Of a DNA stretch of 64,000 bases, positions 17,863 through 27,260 are shown piece by piece (the stretch's first letter is position 1; every line of letters begins with the position of its first letter). Source of the DNA: Thermodesulfobacteriota bacterium. Its GTDB lineage: Bacteria > Desulfobacterota_D > UBA1144 > Nemesobacterales > Mycalebacteriaceae. The DNA lies in assembly GCA_965226585.1 (NCBI GenBank), contig OZ245366.1, forward strand, positions 288,001 through 352,000, given 5' to 3'. The position numbers and the translations under genes are program-made. The notes below the pieces were generated by a model. The model was given only the letters and a program-made list of their open reading frames with translations. It did not search any database and had not been told where the DNA came from.

Positions 17863-19422
17863 CTAATGCCTGAAATGCCTAACCCCGGTCAGTAAAACCG
17901 CCATTCCGTGCTCATCCGCCGCTCCGGTTGTTTCATCATCCCTCACAGAACCCCCCGGATGCGCCACCGCTTTTATTCCCGCTTTTGCCGCTTCATCAAT
18001 CCCGTCTCTGAACGGGAAGAACGCATCCGATGCCATAACACAACCCTCAGTGCCGCTTTGCGCCTTGCGGGCGGCAAGATTTACCGAATCCACCCTGCTC
18101 ATCTGCCCCGCGCCTATTCCCACAGTCGCCCCGCCTCTTGCGAAAACTATCGCGTTTGACTTCACGTGCTTGCACACCTTCCACGCAAAACGCAGGTCTT
18201 TTATCTGTCCGTCTGTCGGCTTTATCTTTGTGGGCGAAGTCGCGCCGTCAAAATCAGAGTCTGAACTTGTGTCTTTGTCCTGAATAAGCGCACCGCCGGT
18301 AATTTTTTTTATGTCTCTCGCCGCCGCGCCGCCTTCCGCCTCAAACGGCGGAGCCTGTAAAACGCGCAGGTTTTTCTTTGCCGCGAGAACCTCAAGACAG
18401 CCGTCAGAAAAACCCGGCGCGATGACCACCTCAACAAACATATCGGCGATAAGACGCGCCGCCTTTTCATCCGCCTCGCAGTTGAAAGCCACAACGCCGC
18501 CGAACGCGCTCACGGGGTCGCATTCTCTCGCCTTCTCAAACGCCCCTGCCGGCTCGCCGTCAACCGCAACTCCGCAGGGGTTGTTGTGCTTCACTATCAC
18601 ACACACCGCGCCGTCTGCCGGGGTGAACTCCTTTGCCAGTTCAAACGCCGAATCGGTGTCGTATATGTTGTTGAGAGAAAGCTCCTTTCCCTGAATCTGC
18701 CTTGCCGCTCCGACACATGAAACATCGGTGTTTTCCGTGTAGAACGCTCCGCGCTGGTGAGGGTTTTCGCCGTATCTCAAATCCGCGCGTTTTTTCAGGT
18801 TGATGGAAATGCGGTCCGGAAATCCGTTTTGCTCTCCGCTTGAAAGCAGAAACTCTGATATTGCCGAGTCGTATCCGGCGGTGAGAGCAAACGCCTTTTG
18901 CGCGAGGCGCAGGCGCGCCGGGTCTGAAACTCCGCCTGAGGATTTTATTTCTTCAATCACGGCTGAGTAGTCCGCCGGGTCTGTAACCACCGCGACAAAC
19001 TTGTGGTTTTTTGCCGCCGCCCTCACCATCGCGGGACCGCCGATGTCTATGTTTTCAATCGCGTCTTCAAAATCCGATTCCGGCTTTGCAACCGTTTGCT
19101 CAAACGGATACAGGTTGACGACAACCATGTCTATCGGTTCAATGCCGTTTTCCTCCATTTGTTTGAGGTGTTCGGGGTTGTCTCTCACGGCGAGAATTCC
19201 GCCGTGTATTTTCGGGTGAAGTGTTTTAACTCTGCCGCCGAGTATTTCTTTTGCCTGTGTGTGGGTTTCAACCCGTGTTACCGCAACGCCCGCATCTTCA
19301 AGCGCGGCGGCGGTTCCGCCTGTGGAGAGTATTTCCACTCCCAGTTTGCTCAGACGCATGGCGAAGTCTTCAACGCCTCGTTTGTCTGAAACGCTTATAA
19401 GGGCTTTTTTTACTTGCGGCAT
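17863..19422 (-). CDS. purH: Bifunctional AICAR transformylase / IMP cyclohydrolase
   Basis: ALISVSDK, GGRVKTLHP, IDIGGP, LRYGENPHQ, ASDAFFPF, TGVRHFRH. Confidence 0.98.
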   Translation of the reverse strand: MPQVKKALISVSDKRGVEDFAMRLSKLGVEILSTGGTAAALEDAGVAVTRVETHTQAKEILGGRVKTLHPKIHGGILAVRDNPEHLKQMEENGIEPIDMVVVNLYPFEQTVAKPESDFEDAIENIDIGGPAMVRAAAKNHKFVAVVTDPADYSAVIEEIKSSGGVSDPARLRLAQKAFALTAGYDSAISEFLLSSGEQNGFPDRISINLKKRADLRYGENPHQRGAFYTENTDVSCVGAARQIQGKELSLNNIYDTDSAFELAKEFTPADGAVCVIVKHNNPCGVAVDGEPAGAFEKARECDPVSAFGGVVAFNCEADEKAARLIADMFVEVVIAPGFSDGCLEVLAAKKNLRVLQAPPFEAEGGAAARDIKKITGGALIQDKDTSSDSDFDGATSPTKIKPTDGQIKDLRFAWKVCKHVKSNAIVFARGGATVGIGAGQMSRVDSVNLAARKAQSGTEGCVMASDAFFPFRDGIDEAAKAGIKAVAHPGGSVRDDETTGAADEHGMAVLLTGVRHFRH

Positions 19423-19473
19423 TTTTGGGGATTATACAACGAAGACGGGCAATTAGCACTTTCCTTATCCCAT

Positions 19474-19508
19474 AAAAAAAGGAGGACTGCCTTGTGAGCA
19501 GTCCTCCT
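19474..19508 (-). terminator. Rho-independent terminator of the Adc-like operon
   Basis: aggaggactgc-N7-gcagtcctcct 11-bp stem with an A-run on + (U-run on -). Confidence 0.85.
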
Positions 19509-19534
19509 GATTTTAGCACAATGCTAAGGCGTTA

Positions 19535-20521
19535 TTAGCCCTGGCTGTACTGCGGGAGCAGGAAGCGGTGACGCATCGTGTACTCGAACGGTTTCGCATA
19601 GGCAATTGCCCTGCTGTCCGTCGCGCCGAGGTCGTCCGCTGACCTTTCAACCGTCTTGGTCCAGATAGTCTGGGCCGGCGGGATTATCAGATTGAAAGTA
19701 AAACTTATCAGTCCAACAATCTCTTTTGTCGGTATCTGGCCGCCCATAAAGTCAAAAGGCGTTCCAGACATGTACCAAGCGCGGATGTCATCTCCTGCCG
19801 CTGTCCTCACACTGTCCGGGTCAAGCTGGAAACGGTGTCCCGTTCCAAATGCCGGAGGCAGTTCCGATGGCAGATATGTAACTTCGTGATGACTTGAAGT
19901 TACATCCGGGCGGGTCGTGATGCGGTAATTCATCCTTCCCCAGTCGGTCTGTCCGTAGAAAGTAGGTTTCACGGACAGCTCTTTGTCGGAGTAACGGCCA
20001 TTTGCTGTGTGCAGAATGTAGCCGCGACGCTCCATGAGCATGTTGAAGTAGTTGTTGTTCGTGCCATGCTCAAAAGCGGCGATGTACGCAGCCTTTTTCG
20101 GAAATCCGAAAGGCTCTTTGCCAGCCCAAATGGGTGAGTCGTTGGAAAGGTACATGTACGGGTAGTATCCCGCTTTGTACTCTTTGCCGTCTTCTCCGTC
20201 AACTTTGGCGGAAAAGGTTACGCCCATCTCCATGTATGGACCAAGCATCGTGTTCTTGTGAATCACGTACCAAAACTCTATGACGTCGTCCATTAACTGG
20301 ATCGGTTCAGGCAGAATTTTTTTCATGTCGTTTTCATCTGCTCTGACAACAAAAGCCATCCAGCGGCTCTCAGTGTAAGTGAGAGGCACAATGTCATAGT
20401 CAAAGACAGGGTCTGCGACACCCTGAGATATGATGTCTATCCTGTCTCTGTCCATTGGCAGCGGGGGAACTTCCCCTTCCGCGAGCCAAGGATAACTGTA
20501 CTCATTTGCTTGCATTCCCAT
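19535..20521 (-). CDS. Acetoacetate decarboxylase (Adc)-superfamily protein, paralog B
   Basis: LPEPI, GPYMEMG, YYPYMYL, AGKEPFGFPKK (Schiff-base Lys motif); GGAGG RBS. Confidence 0.8.
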   Translation of the reverse strand: MGMQANEYSYPWLAEGEVPPLPMDRDRIDIISQGVADPVFDYDIVPLTYTESRWMAFVVRADENDMKKILPEPIQLMDDVIEFWYVIHKNTMLGPYMEMGVTFSAKVDGEDGKEYKAGYYPYMYLSNDSPIWAGKEPFGFPKKAAYIAAFEHGTNNNYFNMLMERRGYILHTANGRYSDKELSVKPTFYGQTDWGRMNYRITTRPDVTSSHHEVTYLPSELPPAFGTGHRFQLDPDSVRTAAGDDIRAWYMSGTPFDFMGGQIPTKEIVGLISFTFNLIIPPAQTIWTKTVERSADDLGATDSRAIAYAKPFEYTMRHRFLLPQYSQG

Positions 20522-20544
20522 AGTTCAATTAACCTCCTAAGTTA

Positions 20545-21522
20545 TTAAGAACCCTGACTGATGGGGAACTGCTGTCTGAGACCGTATTTGTATGGTGTTG
20601 CAAATCCGGCGTAGTCAGCGGGTCTCTCATAAGTCTCATTCCAGAGAACCTGCGCAGGCGGGATAACAAGATCGAACACGAACGAGATCATTCCCGATAC
20701 TTTGTCAATCTTGAGCTCCGTTCCCATGTTGTCAAACGGAGTACCCTGCATGAACCAGTTGACGGCATCTCCCGATGCTGTTCTGGTGTGCTCAGGCTTA
20801 ATCTGGAAACGATGTCCTTTGATCATTGAGTCAAAGGGCGGCGGAAGTTCAGACGGCAAGTATGTAAGCTGCCACTCGGAGCTTGAAACATCAGGTCTCG
20901 TGATGACCTTCATGTTGAACTTGCCCCAGTCCGTTTTTCCGTAGAAATACGGAGGCTTCACGTCTTTGTCGTCAAACTTACCTGTTGCGCTGTGCATCAG
21001 GTAGCCGTTACGTGACATCGCAAACCCGAAGAAGTCGGTTCCTTTCTCTCCGCCGTGCACCGAGCACCGGATGTAGGACATCTTTTTGGGAAATCCAAGG
21101 ACACGTCCCGCGTCAACGGGTGAGTCTCCGGTCAGATACATGTACGGGTAGTAACCGCCTTTCCAGACGTTACCTTTCGGGTCCTTGTAAGTCGCCGACA
21201 TGGTAACACCGAACTCCAGGTACGGACCAAGCATTGTGTTCTTGTGGTCAACGTACCAGAATTCAACAAGGTCGGCGTCGTCTCCGTCCCACGGCTCAAG
21301 CGGCGGGTTCGGAATCAGGCGGCGCCTCGTCTCTTCTGAACAGCTGACTACAAAAGCAGACCAACGACTGTCCGTGTAAGTGAGGGGAAGAACGTCTATG
21401 TCCCACAGCGGATCCGAAGGATTCGCTATAATCCAAGACTTTATATCCCTCTCTATCGGAGGAGGTGGAACCTCCTTCGTCATTTCCCAATATTTACTTG
21501 GGACATTGAGGTGACTAGGCAT
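20545..21522 (-). CDS. Adc-superfamily protein, paralog A
   Basis: IPNPPLEP, GPYLEFG, YYPYMYL, AGRVLGFPKK; AAGGAGGT RBS. Confidence 0.8.
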   Translation of the reverse strand: MPSHLNVPSKYWEMTKEVPPPPIERDIKSWIIANPSDPLWDIDVLPLTYTDSRWSAFVVSCSEETRRRLIPNPPLEPWDGDDADLVEFWYVDHKNTMLGPYLEFGVTMSATYKDPKGNVWKGGYYPYMYLTGDSPVDAGRVLGFPKKMSYIRCSVHGGEKGTDFFGFAMSRNGYLMHSATGKFDDKDVKPPYFYGKTDWGKFNMKVITRPDVSSSEWQLTYLPSELPPPFDSMIKGHRFQIKPEHTRTASGDAVNWFMQGTPFDNMGTELKIDKVSGMISFVFDLVIPPAQVLWNETYERPADYAGFATPYKYGLRQQFPISQGS

Positions 21523-21646
21523 AAAATTACCTCCTTTTGGTAAATCTCCCGGTCGCCACCTAGTTCAAAATGCGACCGAGGCTGTGAGGAGTTTGGAGCC
21601 CTAAATGTAACGACATAACACAGACCCCTATCCAACCTCGCAGTAA

Positions 21647-21675
21647 CTGATATCACCGGAACGGGGGGGTGTCAA
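21647..21675 (-). promoter_or_regulatory. Putative promoter of the Adc-like operon
   Basis: Minus strand TTGACA-N17-TATCAG with an extended -10 TG. Confidence 0.5.
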
Positions 21676-21950
21676 TAGATTGGCGAAAAAAAAATGAAAA
21701 AATTAAGCCGTATGCTTAACGCCTCGCGTTTTCCGCTGTCCGTATCGCCCTGAAATAACATAACTGCCTGATACAACTAACTTTTTTGGCGATTTGAACG
21801 GTGGAAGTCAGCATTTTTACAGCGTTTTCCGCCGTTTGAAGCCGGTTTGTTGAGGCGCCTGCAGACCCTCAATAAAGTAAACCGCTTTTTCGTCCGGTTA
21901 AGCGGTTTTTCACTCACGCCAGCACGTTATTCCGTGTTTGTCACCACCCT

Positions 21951-22027
21951 GTTATTCCGTGCTTGACACGGAAACCAGTATTCAACTGGTTAATCAATGC
22001 TGGATTCCTGCTTTCGCAGGAATGACG
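21951..22027. repeat. Palindromic doublet, A-arm first, slightly degenerate
   Basis: gttATTCCgtgcttgacacGGAAaccagtatt...tgctggATTCCtgctttcgcaGGAATgacg. Confidence 0.85.
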
Positions 22028-22105
22028 GAGGGGGCAACGGAATGACGGGGAAGGCACACATGGGGAAGGCACACATAAAGGGCTGTTATAAGGGCTGTGC
22101 CGGAG

Positions 22106-22507
22106 TCAGCTCAGCACCATATAAGTTACCTGCGCGACCGAAACTTTCCTGCTGTCTGCGTCAAAAATGGCGATCTCCACCGGGCAGAGAGTTCTGCCCG
22201 CTTTGATGACGGTTGCGACCGCTGTTATGTCAGACCGGCACGGGTAGAGAAACCTTATTGTTATGTCCGTTGTCGTGATTTCCGCGTCTGCTCCGGCGAC
22301 TGAAAGAACCGCCGCCGCTGCCGCCGTGTCTGCCGCGGTGGTCAGCAGACCGCCGTGAAAAGTTTCAAAGATGCCGTCATAGTTTTCCTTCTTTGGAACC
22401 TTGAGTTCGCAAAGCCCGCTTTCAAGGCGCGCTATCTCAGAGCCAAGAAGTTTCATTATGGGAACGGAGTTCATCTTCCGTTCAACTTCCTTCAAGTCCA
22501 CGTTCAT
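22106..22507 (-). CDS. PaaI-family (hotdog-fold) thioesterase
   Basis: FHGGLLTTAADTA, TTDITIRFLYP, VIKAGRT. Confidence 0.88.
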   Translation of the reverse strand: MNVDLKEVERKMNSVPIMKLLGSEIARLESGLCELKVPKKENYDGIFETFHGGLLTTAADTAAAAAVLSVAGADAEITTTDITIRFLYPCRSDITAVATVIKAGRTLCPVEIAIFDADSRKVSVAQVTYMVLS

Positions 22508-22633
22508 TGTTTCACCTTCCGCTTTTCATTTTTCCGCCGCTTCTGTTTCAAACGCCTCTTTTATGGTAACCTGTATGTCTCTCCCCTGAAAATGAAACAG
22601 GAAGCACAACTTCGCGAAGAGGACGAGTTCCGG

Positions 22634-23488
22634 ATGGCGCACATAATAGACGGAAATGAGATTTCCGCACGCATCAGAGGCGGCATTGCCTCCCGCGTTA
22701 AATCCCTGCGCGAGCAGACGGGCGTTTCTCCGGGACTTGCGGCGGTGCTTGTGGGAGACGACCCCGCGTCTGAAATATATGTGGAGAGAAAAACCCGCGC
22801 CTGTGAAGAGGTGGGCATCTACTCTGAAGAACTGCGTCTTTCTTCCGGCACAACCGAGCGGGAACTTCTGAAAGAGATTGAACGGCTGAACGCAGACCCG
22901 AAGATTCACGGCATACTTGTGCAACTTCCGCTTCCGCCGTCGATAAGCGAAACGGCGGTTTTGAGCGCGGTTTCCCCCCGCAAAGATGTTGACGGCTTCC
23001 ATCCCGAAAATATGGGAATGCTTATGGAGGGCAGTCCGCGCTTTATCTCCTGCACGCCCTACGGCATTATGGAGATGATAGACCATCTGGAGATTGACGT
23101 TGAGGGGATGGACATCGTTATAGTCGGCAGAAGCAACATCGTGGGCAAGCCCGTTGCCGCGATGCTTCTCAACAGAGACGCCACCGTTACCGTTTGCCAC
23201 CTTTGCACGAAAAACCTCGCCGATTTCACGAGAAGCGCGGAGATACTGATAGTGGCGATAGGGTGCAGCCGGTTCATCACGGGAGACATGATACGGGAGG
23301 GAGCCGTTGTGATAGACGTGGGCATCAACAGAGACAAAAACGGAAAGATAACGGGGGATGTGGATTTTGAATCCGCTTCCCGCAAATGCTCATACATAAC
23401 CCCGGTTCCGGGCGGAGTGGGACCGATGACGATAACCATGCTCTTGAAAAACACGCTTGCGGCGGCTGAAATGGCTCTCGGTGATTAA
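22634..23488 (+). CDS. folD: Methylenetetrahydrofolate dehydrogenase / cyclohydrolase
   Basis: IIDG, PGLAAVLVGDDPAS, KDVDGFHP, GRSNIVGKP, ITPVPGGVGPMT; start placed at MAHIIDG. Confidence 0.97.
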   Translation: MAHIIDGNEISARIRGGIASRVKSLREQTGVSPGLAAVLVGDDPASEIYVERKTRACEEVGIYSEELRLSSGTTERELLKEIERLNADPKIHGILVQLPLPPSISETAVLSAVSPRKDVDGFHPENMGMLMEGSPRFISCTPYGIMEMIDHLEIDVEGMDIVIVGRSNIVGKPVAAMLLNRDATVTVCHLCTKNLADFTRSAEILIVAIGCSRFITGDMIREGAVVIDVGINRDKNGKITGDVDFESASRKCSYITPVPGGVGPMTITMLLKNTLAAAEMALGD

Positions 23489-24009
23489 ACAGAGTTTTCC
23501 ACATTCCGTTGTGGAAAAAAGATAGTTTTCCACATTTCCACACCCGATTTGTCATCCAGAACCTTGAGGATTTCCCGCACCGTTTTCCCCGAAACCGGAT
23601 GCCTGACATCGGGGGCAATTTGGCACAGCGGTTCAAGTATAAAACGCCGCGAACACAGCAAAACATGGGGTATTTTGAGTTTGCTGCTGTCTATTACGGT
23701 GTCTCCGTAAAGCAGAATATCAAGGTCCATAACCCTCGGTTTGTTATTTCCTTTTTCCGTTCTGCCTATCTCTTTTTCCACATCCTGAAGTTTCCACATC
23801 AACTGTTCGGGCGGGGGGCAGTTTTCCACAAGCGCGACCGCGTTTATAAAGAACGGCTGTTCGCCCTCAACTCCCACCGGCTCTGTCTTGTAAAGCGCAG
23901 AAACTCTGATTATTTTCGCGAAATTCTCAACACGCCTGAGCGCGGAGACGCAGTTTTTCTCTCTGTCTCCGAGGTTGGTTCCGATTCCTATGAAAACTTG
24001 TTCGCTCAA
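23485..24009 (-). CDS. folK: 6-hydroxymethyl-7,8-dihydropterin pyrophosphokinase
   Basis: FIGIGTNLGDR, FINAV, PRVMDLDILLY, IPH...RRFIL.PL. Confidence 0.93.
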   Translation of the reverse strand: MSEQVFIGIGTNLGDREKNCVSALRRVENFAKIIRVSALYKTEPVGVEGEQPFFINAVALVENCPPPEQLMWKLQDVEKEIGRTEKGNNKPRVMDLDILLYGDTVIDSSKLKIPHVLLCSRRFILEPLCQIAPDVRHPVSGKTVREILKVLDDKSGVEMWKTIFFPQRNVENSV

Positions 24010-24779
24010 AGTTTTTTTTCTTCCCCGCCTTTCCGGCTGTTTTTTATCATATCGGCGGTGAATTCTCCCGCCCGCCTGACCGCCTCAAAATCTCCCGCGC
24101 CTTTTGCCGCAAGCGCGCAAAGAGCGGAGGAGAAAACGCAACCCGTTCCGTGCGTTTCTTCCGTTTCTGAAACCCTTTTGCGTGTGGAGCGGAAAAAATC
24201 TTTGCCGTCAAAAAACAGGTCTGTCACCTCGTCTCCCTCCAGATGGCCGCCGGTTATAACCACCTTGCGCGCCCCCATAGCCGCGATTTCCCGCGCGGCG
24301 GTTTCCATATCTCTGCCGTTTCGTATCTCCACCCCGCAAAGCGTTTTTGCCTCCCCCGTGTTCGGGGTAACAAACTCGCAGAGCGGAAGCAGTTCCTTTT
24401 TAAGCGCGTCAATCCCTCCGTCAGACAGCAGGCGCGCTCCCGAACCGGAACTTATCACGGGGTCTGCGACAACCCTTCCCGCCCCCCGGTCTCTTATGTT
24501 GCGGCAGACCGCCACAACGGTTTCCTCGTCAAGAAGCATTCCGGTTTTTGCCGCGTCTATGCGGTGTTTTGCCGCCGCGGAGAACATCGCGTCTATAAGT
24601 TCGGGAGACACTTTTTCAACCGCCATAACTTCGGAAGGCGTTTGAGCCGTGAGGCACGCCACAACGGCAAACCCCCTTACGCCGAAAGCGGCAAAAGTTT
24701 TAAGGTCGGCGGTTGTTCCCGCCCCTCCGCATGAGTCCACACCCGCTATTGTAAGCGCGGAAAATGTTTCGCCGCCCAT
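24006..24779 (-). CDS. thiD: Hydroxymethylpyrimidine / phosphomethylpyrimidine kinase
   Basis: LTIAGVDSCGGAG..ADLKTF, KTGML, TPN..EA, THGTGC. Confidence 0.92.
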   Translation of the reverse strand: MGGETFSALTIAGVDSCGGAGTTADLKTFAAFGVRGFAVVACLTAQTPSEVMAVEKVSPELIDAMFSAAAKHRIDAAKTGMLLDEETVVAVCRNIRDRGAGRVVADPVISSGSGARLLSDGGIDALKKELLPLCEFVTPNTGEAKTLCGVEIRNGRDMETAAREIAAMGARKVVITGGHLEGDEVTDLFFDGKDFFRSTRKRVSETEETHGTGCVFSSALCALAAKGAGDFEAVRRAGEFTADMIKNSRKGGEEKKL

Positions 24780-24874
24780 TTGCGAACTGTTTAACAGATA
24801 AGCGCGTATTTTACAAAAACGGACGGCTTGTTATAATTCGTTTCTCAATTTCAACCAGAGAGAGGTGAGAGAAA

Positions 24875-25285
24875 ATGGGTGAGCCACAGATTTTTATGCC
24901 GGAGCTTTTCAAAGAGGATGAGGACGGAAACATCCGCCTTGTCGCCGGTTACTGCAGTGAGTCAGACAACTGGACATTTCCGAAATATCTCGCAGACCCG
25001 GTGAGTTTCACGGACAACGTAGAGGAGAAGCTCCTCAGTCCCAAGGGTGTTCTTCACTCGTTCACCGTTGTGCGCAGAAGCATGCCGGAATACGAAGTGC
25101 CTTATGTTCTCGCGCTTGTTGATTTTCCCGAAACCGTGCGTGTTATGGCGCAGGTGGAAACGAAAGATTTTGACTCGCTCACTTTCGGCGAGGAGATGGC
25201 GATTACAACCGGAGTTATAAGAAAAGCCGATGACGGCAGTGACGTTGTTTCCTACAAATTCATTCCCGTCCGCGAAATGAAGTAG
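24875..25285 (+). CDS. DUF35-type OB-fold protein with a degenerate Zn ribbon
   Basis: G.LHSFTVVRR, VPYVLALVDF, VRVMAQV, Y.F.P; only one Cys in the ribbon. Confidence 0.75.
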   Translation: MGEPQIFMPELFKEDEDGNIRLVAGYCSESDNWTFPKYLADPVSFTDNVEEKLLSPKGVLHSFTVVRRSMPEYEVPYVLALVDFPETVRVMAQVETKDFDSLTFGEEMAITTGVIRKADDGSDVVSYKFIPVREMK

Positions 25286-25295
25286 TTTCCGCTGT

Positions 25296-25850
25296 TTATT
25301 GCCGGATTTCCGCTTTTGCGGGCAGTTTCCATTCCGCCCTTATTTTTCCCGTGCGGTTAAAACCTTTCCTTTCAAGCCACCCCGCCGGAACCTCAAGAGC
25401 GGTGTTGTATGGGGCGCGAGGGAGATATTTTCTTGCTTCAGTGGAACAGCGTTTTGCCCACGCCCGGTTTTTCTCCCCCGTTTTTCTGGGGCATTTTTTC
25501 ATCCCCGCGACAGAAACCGCCTTGCCGTCCGCCATGTAGATAATGTCCATATCAACATAAGTGTTGAACATCCAGAACCCGCCCTCCCTGAGGCGGCTGA
25601 AAACAAACAGCATTCCCTCCGTGTCGCGCAACTCCTTTCTGCACATCAGCCCTCTCAGCCGCTGTTTCTGCGTGAGCGCGACTTCCGCCGTTATCTCCGC
25701 GCTTGTTTTTCCGTCCGTGATGGAAACCGCTGTCTCTGTGAGACGTTTCGGGCTCGTTTCCCCGCAGTCCGTTTTGAAATCCGCCCGCGCTCCATGAGAG
25801 AGCATTGCAAGGGCGCAAGCGCATAAAAAAAAGATGCCCGCCCCTCTCAA
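25296..25850 (-). CDS. DUF192-family exported protein
   Basis: Signal peptide; AEVA.T..QR.RGLM.R, GMLFVF, FWM.NT, ALEVPAG. Confidence 0.88.
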   Translation of the reverse strand: MRGAGIFFLCACALAMLSHGARADFKTDCGETSPKRLTETAVSITDGKTSAEITAEVALTQKQRLRGLMCRKELRDTEGMLFVFSRLREGGFWMFNTYVDMDIIYMADGKAVSVAGMKKCPRKTGEKNRAWAKRCSTEARKYLPRAPYNTALEVPAGWLERKGFNRTGKIRAEWKLPAKAEIRQ

Positions 25851-27211
25851 CCGCCCACCGCTCCGGCGACTATTTCCTCAACCATGCCCCGTATCTCGCT
25901 GAGCCGTTCTTCGCTTTCCGCTTCAAATCTCATCACAAGGGCGGGCTGTGTGTTTGAAGCCCGCACAAGCCCCCACCCGCCCGGAAAACCGGCGCGCACG
26001 CCGTCTATTTCCGTAATCTCCGCTTCGGCAAATTTCTGCGCTATGCCCGCTTTCACGGCTTCGGCAACTTTGAACTTCCTTTCGTCCGGGCAGTCAACCC
26101 TGATTTCGGGAGTTGAGAACAGCTCCGGCACTCCTTCAAGAAGCCCGGAGACAGTTTTGCCTTCCTCTGAAACAATTTCCAGAAGGCGCAGACCAGCGTA
26201 CAGGGCGTCGTCATAGCCCGGAAATCTGTCGCCAAAAAATATGTGTCCGCTCATTTCTCCCGCGAGTTCCGCTTTTTCATCGGCAAGTTTTTTCTTCATC
26301 AGCGAGTGTCCGGTTTTCCACATAATGGTTTTTGCCCCCGCCCGCGCGGCGAGTTCAAAAAGCAGTCTGGAGCATTTCACATCACCGATAACAGTTGCGC
26401 CGGGGGTTTTTGCCGCTATGTTGAGGGCGAAGATAAGCACAAGCATATCGCCCCGCACTGTGTTTCCGTTTTCGTCCACAACTCCCAGCCGGTCGGCGTC
26501 TCCGTCAAAAGCCATTCCCAGCCGCCCCCCGCCGCCGCGCACCTCTTTTATCAGGTCTTTCAGGTTTTCATCCACCGAGGGGTCGGGATGGTGATTCGGA
26601 AAGTTTCCGTCCGGCTCAGTAAATATGCCCCTTGCGCGCAAGCCCAGTTTTTCAAACACAAGCGGAGCCGCCACGCCTCCCGCGCCGTTTCCGCAGTCAA
26701 ACACAAAATCAAGCCCGCGCTCCACCTTCACGCCTTTGGTGAGAAAATCCGCGTATTGCTCAGTTATTTCCGCTTTTGTTACCTTTCCGCGCGCGTGTTT
26801 GCTTTTCGTCTCAACCGGGGCGGCAAGCGCTTTGATGTCATTGCCGAACATGGAGTTTTTGCCCATGCACAGTTTCAGCCCGTTGTATTCCGGCGGGTTG
26901 TGGCTTGCCGTTACAATCGCACCGCCGTCCGGGGTCCGGTTGAAAACTGAAAAATAAAGCATCGGCGTTGACACAAGACCGATGTCGCTCACGTTCACGC
27001 CTCTGCTTGTGATGCCGTCCACAAGAGCGGCGGAGAGGGCTTCAGAACTGAGCCGGCAGTCTCTTCCGGCGGAAACCGTTTTCGCCCCGTTCTGTTTTGC
27101 CCGCTCTCCATAAGCCGCCCCGATGGAGAAAACGACCTTTTCGTTTATCTCGTCTCCCACGGTTCCGCGTATGTCGTATTCCCTGAAAATGGTGTTGTAA
27201 CTGTGTTCCAT
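25847..27211 (-). CDS. Phosphomannomutase / phosphoglucomutase
   Basis: FREYDIRG, TASHNP, FDGDADR, GEMSGH, VRASNTQP. Confidence 0.95.
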   Translation of the reverse strand: MEHSYNTIFREYDIRGTVGDEINEKVVFSIGAAYGERAKQNGAKTVSAGRDCRLSSEALSAALVDGITSRGVNVSDIGLVSTPMLYFSVFNRTPDGGAIVTASHNPPEYNGLKLCMGKNSMFGNDIKALAAPVETKSKHARGKVTKAEITEQYADFLTKGVKVERGLDFVFDCGNGAGGVAAPLVFEKLGLRARGIFTEPDGNFPNHHPDPSVDENLKDLIKEVRGGGGRLGMAFDGDADRLGVVDENGNTVRGDMLVLIFALNIAAKTPGATVIGDVKCSRLLFELAARAGAKTIMWKTGHSLMKKKLADEKAELAGEMSGHIFFGDRFPGYDDALYAGLRLLEIVSEEGKTVSGLLEGVPELFSTPEIRVDCPDERKFKVAEAVKAGIAQKFAEAEITEIDGVRAGFPGGWGLVRASNTQPALVMRFEAESEERLSEIRGMVEEIVAGAVGG

Positions 27212-27260
27212 TGCGCCCGCCGGTTGACTTTATTCTAACACTTTTTACCATTACCCCATC

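Noticed and set aside
19453..19527. CIRCE-like TTAGCAC half-sites and a ttagcacaatgctaa palindrome
   Set aside because: Does not match TTAGCACTC-N9-GAGTGCTAA spacing and does not precede a chaperone gene
22355..22633. N-terminal extension of folD in the ORF track
   Set aside because: Overlaps the divergent thioesterase; FolD homology starts at MAHIIDG (22634)
23485..23536. Shared TTAA stop of convergent folD/folK and a 9-bp hairpin ttttccaca/tgtggaaaa inside the folK 3' end
   Set aside because: Probably ordinary genome compaction; the weak AT-rich stem is not enough to call a terminator or element
23509..24645. 378-aa + strand ORF
   Set aside because: Antisense shadow of folK and thiD
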